64,000 nt of DNA, from the NCBI GenBank assembly GCA_030704615.1, contig CM060732.1, forward strand, positions 22,444,001-22,508,000. Direction: 5' to 3'. Below are positions 48,732 to 60,435 of this stretch, one piece after another (within the stretch, counting starts at the first letter, position 1; the number at the start of each line of letters is the position of its first letter). The notes below the pieces were generated by a model. The model did no database searches, was not told the origin of the DNA, and saw only the letters and a list, made by a program, of their open reading frames with translations. A program made the position numbers and the translations under genes. The DNA is from Takakia lepidozioides (Eukaryota > Plantae > Bryophyta).

Positions 48732-49481
48732 CTATGCTATCAACTTCCAGACTTCTCTCAAAGTGCCTCGCTCTGCATGATGGTAAGGTGTAGGAGGTAT
48801 ATCTATGTCCAGAAACCTGCCACTAACCTTGTCCCAAGCTACAGTAGCTCGCTCTAACCAACCCTCCTCCTCTTTCTGCCAGGTAGAGACAAAGCAATAC
48901 TCCCCTATCTCCCGCTCACTGAACACTAAAGAAAACAAAGGTAGGGTCTGATAGTCTCTCAACTCGAAAGCTTTGAGACGGTTGCGGGTGTCCTCATTGC
49001 GAATGACTGCATCTCCTTCACACACAACAAACACGTCATTGCTGATGAACCCCCGCTCGTGGTTGCCCTGTGCAGAGCGTATCCAGCTGCAACCATGTCT
49101 GATTGCACAAACTTGTGTAGCTCCTGCTCCTCTGCTCCAGTACACCACGGCCTTGTGGCTGAACACCTTGGTCCCCGGGGCTGTCTTTGGCTGTGTTCCA
49201 AGCCTAGCTTTCACCCACTTTGGTATTTCACCTACAGCTGCAGAACTGCTGGCTCCAACAGAGTTCTGACTGTCCAAGGCGATATTGAGGCCCTCAATGC
49301 CAACTACAGCAGTCTGTTGTCTACTGCTAATGCCTGACTCCCAGTATGCAATCAACTCGTCCAACTGTTCTCCACTCAAATCAGTCTGAGTTCCTTGGGA
49401 AACATAAATCCTGTCCCCTTGTGTGCACAGGCTAAGAGAAGAGACCTGCCCTTCAATTACGTCCTCATTTCCCCCAGCCAT
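48732..49481 (-). CDS. ORF0 upstream of gag, function unknown
   Basis: 249-aa ATG-initiated ORF conserved in copy 1. Confidence 0.6.
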   Translation of the reverse strand: MAGGNEDVIEGQVSSLSLCTQGDRIYVSQGTQTDLSGEQLDELIAYWESGISSRQQTAVVGIEGLNIALDSQNSVGASSSAAVGEIPKWVKARLGTQPKTAPGTKVFSHKAVVYWSRGAGATQVCAIRHGCSWIRSAQGNHERGFISNDVFVVCEGDAVIRNEDTRNRLKAFELRDYQTLPLFSLVFSEREIGEYCFVSTWQKEEEGWLERATVAWDKVSGRFLDIDIPPTPYHHAERGTLREVWKLIA

Positions 49482-49904
49482 GCAAAGAGTACATCCACAG
49501 ATTTGTCTCTCATATAGACCAGCACAGGTTCCAGAGACAGGATTGTGGCTCTTTCATGGCACACTCACACTCTAAAAAATTCCATAGATTTTTAGCAGAG
49601 TCCCAAAAACTAAAACTAGGTGAAGATAGGTAGATTTCCCCTTTCTGCAGCTATTCCCCCAAAAACTGAGTCAAACGGAGCTCATTTAACAAAGATATGA
49701 CCAACCAGGCTCTTTAAACATTTAAATTAGATCAAAAAGGCCCCCCCTTTTTTTTTTAACACCAAAACGTTTTTGCCATTACAACCTGTTCCCAGGTTAT
49801 CTACGGGTTCCCGAGGCCGTTCCCCTCCAGGGTTCTCCAGGCACCAAGAGCTCATTAACTCCAAAACTCGACCTCAGTTGGGTGGGGTATCACACCCTGG
49901 AGGC

Positions 49905-50069
49905 GATTTGCTTTTCTCTGCGTGTGGGCCTGCCTCCTCGAGCTTTCAGGACGGCAAGGCAGCAGCCATGTTTACGGCACGAAGGAAGATTCAGAAGGAG
50001 AAGGGGCTCGAGCCTGATGAGTTCGAAGAGGCTGTAGCCCAGGCCTTATTCGACCTAGAGACTACAAAC
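49905..50069 (+). pseudogene. RPS7: Captured 5' UTR and N-terminus of 40S ribosomal protein S7 (eS7)
   Basis: ATG 49968: [34 protein letters not shown]. Confidence 0.92.
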
Positions 50070-50097
50070 AACATGCTTCGGCATCTCTCGGGAATCC

Positions 50098-50442
50098 ATG
50101 GCGCATGCGTTGCTTGTGAAGCCTTTGGTTCTGGTTAGTCCTGGGATTTGCAGCTCAATTCAGCACCAGCTCCGACAAACCGCCTTCTTGCCTCTCCCTC
50201 TGAGATCTGCAAGGACGAAATGTGTCGCTTCCAAACCATCAGCAAGCTTGACTTCTGAAGGATTCTGGACTCCTTCATCCAGTGACAGTCACCAAGTCTG
50301 GTCCATGAGGAGTGATCTGGAGTTACCCACCTCAGCTTATGCTTATGAGGGGTCAATTGCTCAGGGAGGGCAGGGCCCATCACCCATGTTGGCTGAGCGA
50401 TTCCAAAGCGTGATCACTCAGCTTTTTCAACAACGAATCATT
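50098..50442 (+). pseudogene. CLPP5: Captured N-terminal part of plastid Clp protease subunit ClpP5
   Basis: MAHA... transit peptide, then VWSMRSDLELP...GQGPSPMLAERFQSVITQLFQQRII. Confidence 0.88.
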
Positions 50443-50808
50443 CCACCTTGGCTGGCCGATACTGCCCGTTCTAGCTGGAGTCGGCATTTTGTGTCTTCAC
50501 AAAACCAAACAAAACCAAACTGCAGGAATTTGCGATTGCCTCAGTAAAGTGGAACTCAATCTGCAGCCGCTGGTGCAATGGGACCTTGCCAAGCAGCCCC
50601 TTCTTGATGTCAATCTGCAGCTCGCGCAAAGGAAGCGCAGCAAGAAAAACTCCTTCACAAATTGACGGCAGGCACCTCTTCCAACATGCACCACATCAGC
50701 AGCAGCAAGGTCCAAGCCATTGGGTTTTTCATCAAAGGCGACAAGTGCAGTTACTGGGGAAATCTGCTCACCCTCAGCCTGCAGGTCCCCCTTTCTATAT
50801 CAATTGCT

Positions 50809-51040
50809 CATACAACCCTTCTTAGAACCCTGTGTAGGAGCTTTCCGGATGTTTTTCCCTGCAGCCATGACGGACACTGTGAACGGGAGCTTGGCCTTCA
50901 ACGCTACTACCTGTTTGCGCTTCGAACATACGATTGTGATCTGCCCACCAAGCCAAGGTGTCTGCCACCGTACTCCCCCGCTGCACGGATGGCATGCAGC
51001 TCAGTCTTTCAACCCGTTTTCTTCTGGTGGAATTCCGGCT
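50809..51040 (-). pseudogene. DREB2: Captured N-terminal fragment of a DREB2-type AP2/ERF factor
   Basis: RRKR...GSTVADTLAWWADHN then, after a frameshift, IRKAPTQGSKKGCM, matching the DREB2 motif RKxPAKGSKKGCM. Confidence 0.75.
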
Positions 51041-51386
51041 CAAGCGGGGAGCTATTTCTGGAGCTCGTGCTTACCACCCTCCTACAACTGGCAATGAGAG
51101 AAACCCTACCAGCTGCTATACGACAGTGGTTTCAGGACCTTCGTCCAAGTAGCTATGGATCCTTTACCCTGCACAGCCTTTCGACAAGATCATTGTGATC
51201 GAGGTCTGTCCTCAGAACCTCGCACTCGAACTAGATCGCAGCTTGCTTCTGCAGGTAGCTTGCAAGCGTGGAATCCCGTCTTCCCCTTTCAATCATAGGT
51301 TATGGTGAACACATTCTTCTGCTCCCCCCCCAAATCAACTTCCTCCAAAATACATCGCTCCTGTGCAACAACAACAAAACGGAAAA

Positions 51387-51473
51387 CACTTCTTGGACGA
51401 GCTTGGTATGGCTTATAACGAGTTGGAGAACCACGTTGTCATCAAGCATGCCGCTCTCTTCACCTCGACCATC
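51387..51473 (+). pseudogene. THI1: Captured internal fragment of thiamine thiazole synthase
   Basis: [29 protein letters not shown], matching the plant THI1 segment FLDE.G.AY.E...[13 protein letters not shown]. Confidence 0.85.
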
Positions 51474-51549
51474 GACATAGTGCTAACATAAAAGAACTCT
51501 ATCTAGCTTAGCACTACAAGAAAACTAGATACAGCTGATCTCTCTCGAG

Positions 51550-51904
51550 TGATAAGAAAGCTAAAAGGACACACACTCCCAACACAAGAAATATGAAATC
51601 CATCGCTATCACTCTTTAAAACAGAAGTCGAGCCAGGGGCACCCCAAGCTGTGGGGACTCCACCCCACAACAACCTACACTCCCATCATGAGCACACTCA
51701 GTCCTAAACGATGCAGGAGCTCAGTCGCGCAGGCTCAACTCGAGAGAGATGAGCTGCGCGACTGCCGCTCTCGTGAGGATAAGACGGGTCAGGTGTCAAA
51801 CTAAACTTGACACCTGATTTAACACTTGACCTAAATCCAAGTGTTAAATACAAATAACTAGCTTTATTCTAGCTAGTTTCACACTGTGCTTATTTAACTT
51901 GACA
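51550..51904 (-). repeat. 5' partial LTR (segment B only) of copy 2
   Basis: 355 bp matching 40177-40531; lacks the 85-bp A segment. Confidence 0.93.
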
Positions 51905-53990
51905 ACCAAGTCCAGGATCTACTATTCTAAGCTGCTTTCCGAAGGTGGACATCAATTTGGTTCTTCGCATTTCAAACTCCTTCTTTATTGCAGCTTCCAC
52001 ACCCTTTGATGTCCTTAGTTCTTCTGGTGTAGTGCGGTAATATTCGGATTTTCCCTTCTCAGCTGCCTCTGCCAGTTCTTGCTGCATTGATTCAAGTAGT
52101 GATTAGCTCCGAAGGGACTACAAACATGTATTCGAAAAGTAAACAGAGTACAGACTCGGGCTTACCGCATACATGTACTCCAGAAACGCCTCTCGTGTCA
52201 AAGAATACCAAGTGCCTGCAGCTCTTCCTGTTTCGCACTTCTTGATGATATTGGGTGGTAGTACTGTCCGAAAATCATCCAGCTTCATCAGACCAATCCT
52301 CTGAATTTGGAATAGTGTGTGAACCAAGCTTGTTGTCACATGCGATTTCTCTGTCGATCTGCAAAAACATTGGAAACATTGCATTCCTTAACACTGTTTT
52401 TTGAGGATTAATAAGACACTATAGAGGGAATGAAATCTCCTGGATGACTTACTTGTTCACGTTGTGCATAGCTGTAAGAAGCCTAGCGATGTCGTTTCCA
52501 GGATCCAAAACCATTGCCTCCACAGCAACATGCTTGTCTTTGTCTTTCGCATGGTGTTTTTGAATGTATCCCATCCATGCCAGCAATCGGTGGTTGCCGT
52601 CCCAGACGTAGAACATGTGGTTGCAGAATTGCTGGATGTTCTTTCCCATCATGAGGCCCAGCTCGAACTCCTCATTGGCATCTTTCCAGCACTCATCCCA
52701 GTTATCACTGATCTCTGGAGACACTAATGTGCTTTTCCCATTTATATCCGTCAGTGACACATAAAAAACTTGTGCACCAAGTCTATATCCATGCACAAAA
52801 TCACTCTCCAATTTTGTTATGTCATGGGAAAGAGGTGGACGCACAACAAACATTGATATCATCCGGCACAGAGGTATGTCCAGACGCCCTCCAGATACGA
52901 GCATGTCCCTTATAACCTCCTGAGAGTTTACCTTCTGGAATGACATGAGTTCTTTCACCTTGTCAAGGTAGTGCACTTCAGATTCATCTGCTTCATCTGT
53001 ATTCTCTGAGCTTTTTGCGGACTTGTCCCCATCTCTTGATCCTTTCCCCTCTGATCCTGTAGGCCTCGACCTCACAGTTTTCTGCACGATGCCATTCAGT
53101 TCTGACTGAGTGATTTGCAAATAGTGAATGGCGGTAACGACCATCACTCTGTCTCAAGGAAACTCACCATGAATGGTGTGAAAGAATTCAGCACGATCTA
53201 CACAAGCAAAGCTGATACTGCCGTATTCAAAACAAAAGCGAGAGCGATAGCGAACGGCGTTAACGACAATCACAAAAGATAACGACCTGCCGGATCGGTG
53301 TTGTGTAATGACATATATGTGCAACTGATTGGCGGCAACGACATTCAGTGTAGTTTAGGGTGGATAGTAAGTGCAGACTCTCTCTTCAAACACATAGGTA
53401 CATAAATCTCATGAGGAGAATCGAATGGCATTAACGACGCTCGCAATTCAGTAGTTCCTGCTAAAGAAGGGAAGAGGAAGGACTCCTTGAAAGGCAATCA
53501 GACAGACTGTATGATCTGAACACCAGTGAATGACTGTACTGATAGTCACCAACTCATTGTGCGGTAAACCCTTCGCAGAGGAGTAGAAAGCAAATCACCT
53601 TTGTGATGGTCGGTAGCGACAATCCCTGTCTGGGACATTCCACTCAATCTCTACGCATATCTTCAACAATGAAATGTAAGTTAGATAAAACTTACTGGCA
53701 CCTTCTTAGGTTTTGAAATTTGATCCCCTTCTGCAGCTTTCCTCTTCCCTCTCACATCTGCTGGAATTTTTGTCTGCGCTAGGGTTTCTTGACCTTCTCC
53801 CGGTTCGGCGTTCCGCGTGCTTCCACCTCCTTCAGTGTCCCTGTGAATCATCTCTGCCTCCACAGGCTGGCGCACTCTTATCGCCGACTGTGTCACAGCC
53901 GCTGCCTCAGTCTTCGTCTGTTCTTGTGAATCAGTCTCCGCGTTCACCTGCTGCCTTGGCCTTGTGTTCTCCAACAAACGACGCCTCGTC
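51905..53990 (-). pseudogene. 5' half of second ParB-MTase gene (ParB/Srx-like domain)
   Basis: RLDIPLCRMISMFVVRP...FYVWDGNHRLLAW (52449-53147), homologous to 18943-19401; frame continues at 40087. Confidence 0.78.
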
Positions 53991-56900
53991 ATTTTCTCTC
54001 TTGCTCTGCGTCTCTCTCTAAGGGAAGTAAAATAAAGAGACTTTCTTCTCTTTTGTATTCTAGAAGGAACCCTCTCCAGCTTGACTACCACTCTCCCTCT
54101 AAGCGCGAAAAGTAGAAAACGCAGTGACTCCCAATTTCTTGCGGGATTGCCTGCGTTCTTGCGTGTCTCTAGAAGCATCGGATTCCCTCCCGCGTGACCG
54201 TTACACATAGTCGTTCCCTTATTAGTGCACATGCCAACAATTGGTGTACAGCTGTTCGTATTCAGTTATGGATGTCTGACGTGTGTCGCCCAAAAAAAAC
54301 GGCGTGTTCTTTATTAGAACGGTTTCAATATTTAAAAATAACAGCGAATCCCAGAAATTTTGGCGCAGTCTTACACAAATAAATGTAAATGAACGAGAGT
54401 TTGATGACAAATCTTGGAATATCATACACGGTCATCCTTGTTAGCAAAACCCCACATTCGTTTCACATTTGGAACTTTCCAGGTGCGCATGATCATTGGT
54501 AGTAGTATATAGATACATTTACTTAATCTGCAATCCCATTCTCAGATCCTGTGGCATGCTTCCAGGAAGTCGGCTTTGTTTTTGGGTTTATTGATGAGGT
54601 TCTGGTTAACGGTTTTAATTCTGTCCTACTGTCCGCCTAGGTTTAAAGCGCAGTTAGCTTCAATTGCTGGGCCCGTGCTTACTAAGAAGCATTTAGCTTC
54701 TGGTAACGGTTTTGAGTAGACCTCATCCCTTTTCTGGATGTGCCTGATTTTCTTCTGTTGGTGTTTTCTTCGTGGTTCGTCTTGGATTGGACTGATGGTT
54801 GTTGATGATTGTCCGATTTCGGTTAGGTTACGTTCATCCATTTTGGTATGTGGTCTGTTTTTAGATGAGCGGCATGTGCGCAGTACTTACAGATTGGTTT
54901 AATGGCTTTGCCCTTATCGTCCGTCGTCTTTTGGCAATCCATTGGATTGCGCCGTCGTTCTTTCTCCGTGTTATGCGATGGTTAGTGGTGTATGATTACC
55001 ACGGTCAGTGGGGTCATTTGGAGCGTACATCTCGGAGTTTAACACAAGCAGTGACTCGTTGGCTGCTTTGTATTTGTTCACGGTTCTGTAGGGCATATGT
55101 GCTAGCCACGGTTCACCATACGGTATACGGGGTGGTAATGTTGTCCTCCAAATCACTACAATAGATTGCGGCTTTTACGTCTCTGTGTTATGACTGCAAA
55201 TGCAGTTATGGAAGCCATTTACGACTTCCTGACTCTGAAGACATAAAAGCCTAGTCAGTTGTGACATGGCAGATATGACTCTCCAGGCTAGCTGTGACGT
55301 GGCGTCTAAGTAGCTGTGGGGGTAGTCATACACGCTGGCTTTACTGAATGACTAAATGGACAGTGTAGTCCATGTCAGCGGCTGTGCCAGAGTGACACGT
55401 GCTCGATACAGAGAATGACACGTGGCAGAGTGTTCGCTCTCCATGACTATGACTACGGGCGTGCTAATCTGGTTGCAACACGCGTTGCAGTTTTTACATG
55501 TGGTCCCTCAGCAGATTGACATGTGTTATGATGGGTGAATTTTTGGGTATATTGCTATTTTTTTTACATATTTGTATTTCCACCACGTGGTGTAGTACCA
55601 TTGGAGAGTGAAAATAGATGTAGTCATTATTATGACTATGATAGAAGTCATATACATGTCTATTACAACAATGAAATATAATATATAATACAAACAGAAC
55701 AAGGCAGCAAGACATAACTGCGCCGAGCTGAGCAAACCCAAGAGATTGTACACCATTTCTATTTATCAATCTATTTATCATTATCATTTTTGTCGCGATC
55801 TAAAAATACATAAAATAGTCACATGTTCTCATTTGAATTATATTGTCTAACTATAACACTTTGACAAGTGTTCACCCGAATCTTCTAACTACTCATGTAT
55901 TCCATCAATCTGCAACCCATCAGAAACTAAGGCTTGCATGGCTTTAAGAATCACTACAGCAAGGACATCTGTTTGTTTTCCAAGTTCTAGCATAAGATGC
56001 ACCAACCAACATTGCATTGTGAGACACTCACTCACTATACTCCAAAGTGTCCAAGGAAGGTCACTGAGCAACCTGCCAAGGTGGAAACACTTAAGATAAT
56101 TATCTAATACCATATATGAAAAACCAATGCCAATGTTGTTTATGGTAACTTCTATCCCATGGACTCATAAACAAACCAAAGCAAACAGGTTGGTGTGTGT
56201 TGGCGAAGTCAGATACTTCACAAAGAAACATGCACTAAAAATGAGGGCCAGGAGGATAGGAAGGTCACTCACATTTATACAAAGACGTCTTGCCCACTGC
56301 CCAGCACCCTGCGTCACCCACACTCTATCTCTACTCCTTAAGCTATCCATGCCTCTGCACAAATCAAGCATTCATCCTTGCCTTGCTACTAGCAGCTGAC
56401 AATGACAGCCTAGAATTGTCAAAGCAAACAATAGCAGGGAAAACAGGGTGAAATATGTTGAAGAAGGTACCTTCACCCCTTTCCCCATCATTTGCTTTCA
56501 GGTCTCCAAAGCCCCATCCCGCGCTCCTGCTCTGCACACCCTGCAAGCATTGCATTCCACGACATCACATCTCGTTCAGCCATACTCCCTTGGCATCCTC
56601 AATGCTCCCACATTTAGCATACATGGCCACCAGAGCAATGTTCAGGATGACATCTCGTGCTCTCTCTTTTTATGTCTCTCTAGTCATTCACAGCCAAAGA
56701 AACAGCAGGATTGCGCACCTGATTGTGCAGAGGTTCAGAAAACCATCCCTCTGAACATCCAAAAATCCAGCAAATTTTTTACTGGTAAACCAATGGCCTG
56801 GAGTTCTGAGTTGGTTTACATCACTTCTTTGTTATTGCCATTTGTGCTGAAGTCCAAAGGTTAACTGCAGGTAGACCCCAACAGCAAAGCATGGAGCATC

Positions 56901-57939
56901 CATTTCCCAACCATTGACTGTTATAACCTGCAAAGGAGCCCAAAATTGTAAAAATGAACCCCCGAGACTCATCCTAAGTTCCTGTGGCTGAATGGCTGGG
57001 GACCATAAAAATACCTGAATCAATGGCTTCAACAACAGCTGCTGTTGCTGGGAAGTAAGGAACGGACTGCACCGCCATAGTCCCTCCACCTCCTCCACAC
57101 TCTTCCATAGCTGAATTACGTCTCCCACCATCTGACACGCATAATGACACGCATAAAAAATTACCCTCACATGAAATAATTACCCTCATAACCTGGTAAA
57201 AATCCACAGGCCACGCGGCCAGACCAGATGTTTTGCTCACCCTTGCATTCCACCCTTGCTCCAGCCTACCATCAAAATCAAACTCATAGCAATCAGCTTA
57301 CAAATACCCAGCCCACATATATTTGGACAGAAACTTAAACAACCAGACGACCATACTGCACATTGAACCCTTGGCCACAAAACGACACGACACACCCTCC
57401 TCACCAACACTGCCTCACCATAGATACAAATCCTCGTATACAATGCCACCAAGTAATTCACCCCCACACTATTTATTCCTGGCAGCAGTCACTCTACCCC
57501 TGCTCCTTCAGCTATCCATGCCTATGCACAATCATGCATTCATCCTTGCCTTGCTGCTAGCATCTGACAATGACAACCTAGATTTGTTCTAGGAAACACC
57601 CAACTCAGCTTATCACACTAGTTCCTATGCTGAATTGCGTCTGCTACTCTCTGCAATCCAACATGCATTCACCTTTTTGCCTCGATTGTCCCACCATTGA
57701 CTGGGGTCAGAGCTTCGCCTCGTCTCTGTTACCTGTTTCTGGATACTTTCCAAGTGTCACGTTGGCAGTATCATGTCAAAGTCACTCCAATCTATCAAAG
57801 ATCCACTCAAGTTAACTTGCAGAATTCAACATGAAAATTTAGGGCCGAAAAACAGGGTGAAATGTGTTGAACAAGGTACCTTGATTAGCAGTGTTTGATT
57901 TTATCAATTGTGCCGCTGCTTCTGCAGCTTCCAGTTGAC

Positions 57940-58690
57940 CATCTACCCATGCAGGACCAATGATGGACTTCTGTGCCCTTTCCCAGAACTGCCAGGCTCG
58001 CATTGGGCATACATGTCCACCTGGGCATAGTTCAAATGACATCTGGTACAATTCCAGCTTTGACACTGACACCATGGATCTGCTCCATTTTCCAGGGCTG
58101 CCAGGCTCGCATTTGGCATAGATGTCCACCAGAGCAGAGTTCAGAATGACATCTGGTACATTTCAGCTTTGACAATATCACCGAGGACCTGTCCGTCCAT
58201 TCCACAACTATCAGACTCACATTTGGCATACATGTCACCAAGGCAGTGTTCAAAATCAGATTTGGTGTACAGTTCCAGCTTTGACAATGTCACCATGGAC
58301 CTCTACTCCCTTTTCCAGGGCTGCCATGCTCACCTAAACTTGTGTTCAGAATCACATATGGTACGTTCTAGCTAATTTGACGATGTCACCATGGCCTCTG
58401 TTCTCTTTTCCAAGGCTGTTAGGCTCACATTTGGCATACATGTCCACGAGGGCAGTGCTCAGAATCACATCTGGTACAATTCCAGCTTTGACGATGTCAC
58501 CATGGACCTCTTTACCCAGTTCTAGGGCTGCCAAGCAAAGTGCCAATTGTACCAGGCACTGCCCTGGTGGACATGTATGCCAAATGCGAGCATGCTACCT
58601 CTGAAGGCGCAAAATTCCTAGGTGACATCGTCAAAGCTGGAATTGTACTAGATATCATTCTGAGCACTGCCATGCAGCACATGTATGCCT
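57940..58690 (-). pseudogene. Tandem degenerate PLS-class PPR motif fragments, the last copy inverted
   Basis: ALELGKEVHGDIVKAGIVPDVILSTALVDMYAKC and about 5 degenerate repeats; 58550-58690 is a reverse-complement copy; a further relic lies near 56540-56650. Confidence 0.8.
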
Positions 58691-59844
58691 TGGGAGAGTT
58701 AGCTTGGTCTTAGCAAGCCATGTTTCAATCTCTGCCCACTCAGCTGCACCGTGGTGGTTCTCACTGACCAATCCAACATTACCTAACTACAGACACAAGC
58801 AGCACACACAAGAGGTCCTCTTGGGTTCATGGTCAGTCAAATCCTCCATGGGTCATGACACAAGGTCGAGGACAATGTGGGCACCTTCTTCTTCGACCTA
58901 TTTCAGCCTATTTTGCCCTCTCATCAGAGGAAGCCCTGAATTTGCATATTGAAGTCTGTAAGTTAGCTTGTTGGGTGGATCTGTGGTAGTTTGGAGTGAC
59001 TTTGATGTTACTCAGGCATTGTATCAGAGAACGGATATCGTCTTCAGGCCGTTGGCATGTTGGACATTTACTATCTCCTTTACCTCTCTACATCTGTGCA
59101 AAGATAGACTCCCCAACTTCAGTTTAAATTTCAGGTCTGGTGTCAAGGGTAGAGGTAGGCCCTTCAGATCATCCTCAAGGTCCTCTATGTGCCCCTATAA
59201 TCAGGTACGGGGAGAGGTGTACTTCAACCTGACCACATCACGTTGGTTTGTGGGGGCAAAGCATGTGCGAGCATGGCAGCGGGCTGGAAAAGGGCAAAGA
59301 CTTCCATGGTGACATCAGGAAGAATACCAAATCATGGTACTAACAGGAGCCAACAACCCACATTTGCAGGATGGACAAACTTCTTCACATCGTACACTAA
59401 GAAAAAGCCACATCTTGCGATTGCGGTTGTCCCACCATCGTGAAGGATCTTTAAGAAACTCATGCCAGCTCTGCTCCGTGCTGTAAAATCAGGGCCGAGC
59501 GGGTAGAGATTGAAACACGGCCTGCTAAGACGAAGCTGACTCTCCCAAGAACTGCGAGCTCCCAGCCGAAACCTCCTCGCACACATACCCTAGCGTTTCT
59601 AGGGTTGCTTGCTTCAGATGCGAAGGTTGCTCCAACTACGGGCCTCCCATGCATGTTTGCCCTCCCTCCCGCTCGCTCGCTCGCTCTAAGTCCCAGCCCT
59701 CTCTCTCCCTCCCTCCCTCCCTCTCGCTCGCTCTATGTCCCAGACCTCTCTCTCTCCCTCCCGCTCACTCTAAGTCTGTTCACGGCTATCGTGATGGGCA
59801 ACTTTTTAAGTTTTTAAACCTTTTTACAAACCCTATAAGCAACT

Positions 59845-60060
59845 TTTTGATTTTCTTTTTCTTTTTTTCTTTCTTTTAAGGAAACCTCAGGCCCTTGAGG
59901 AGGGGGAAAAATTAACCCCCTTTCATTTATGGGCCATGAGACCTACAGAACGATCAGCCTAGACATACCGGCACGAACAATCCCACACATGGGGTAGGGC
60001 AGCGGGTTTGAACCTCGAACCACCAGGGTGACACAATGTGCACTTACCGGCCGATGTGCC
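59845..60060 (-). mobile_element. Possible tRNA-derived SINE
   Basis: Minus strand GGCACATCGGCCGGTAAG...GGTTCGAGGTTCAAACCC (A/B-box-like), short body, A-rich tail; no clear TSD. Confidence 0.4.
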
Positions 60061-60435
60061 TTTTTTAAATCTTTTGCACTTTGATTTTTTTTTGTTTTTT
60101 TTTAAAATTCATTCTAGTGGTCAGAGTCTTTGTTTTTTCCAAATATAAATACTCATATATTATATATATAACCAGAAAAGCATACACGTGCAGTCACGTA
60201 GTGATTCTTCCATGTGATGATTTGGCAGAATGCATTAGAGTGAGAGTCATAAAGTCATATGTCCATCTAGCAATATGCACACGTCATTCCAGTGTAGCCA
60301 TGAACGTGACTGATAGTCATATCCGCCATGCCAATATTCGTGGTCAAACATGTTTGACCTGTTTTGCGCAGAGTCCGGAGTCATGCTGTCGCACATACGC
60401 CTTTCCCCAGACCAGTTTTATGACTTCAAAGGCAT

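Larger units (their letters stand above)
40088..51904 (-). mobile_element. Complete DNMT-PHD Ty3/Gypsy retrotransposon copy 2 (11.8 kb) with permuted LTRs
   Basis: TG...CA ends; 4-bp TSD ACCA (40084-40087 and 51905-51908). Removing it restores the host frame DPGLG-PEFLQQIKTHY, homologous to DPALGADFLVEVGKHY near 19970. Confidence 0.95.

Noticed and set aside
49968-51473. Functional host RPS7, CLPP5, DREB2 or THI1 genes
   Set aside because: They are short truncated fragments inside a retrotransposon.
59985-60060. Functional tRNA gene
   Set aside because: It has box-like motifs but no convincing cloverleaf; kept only as a possible SINE.
55490-60120. Helitron carrying the PPR fragments
   Set aside because: No convincing TC start or hairpin plus CTRR end was found.
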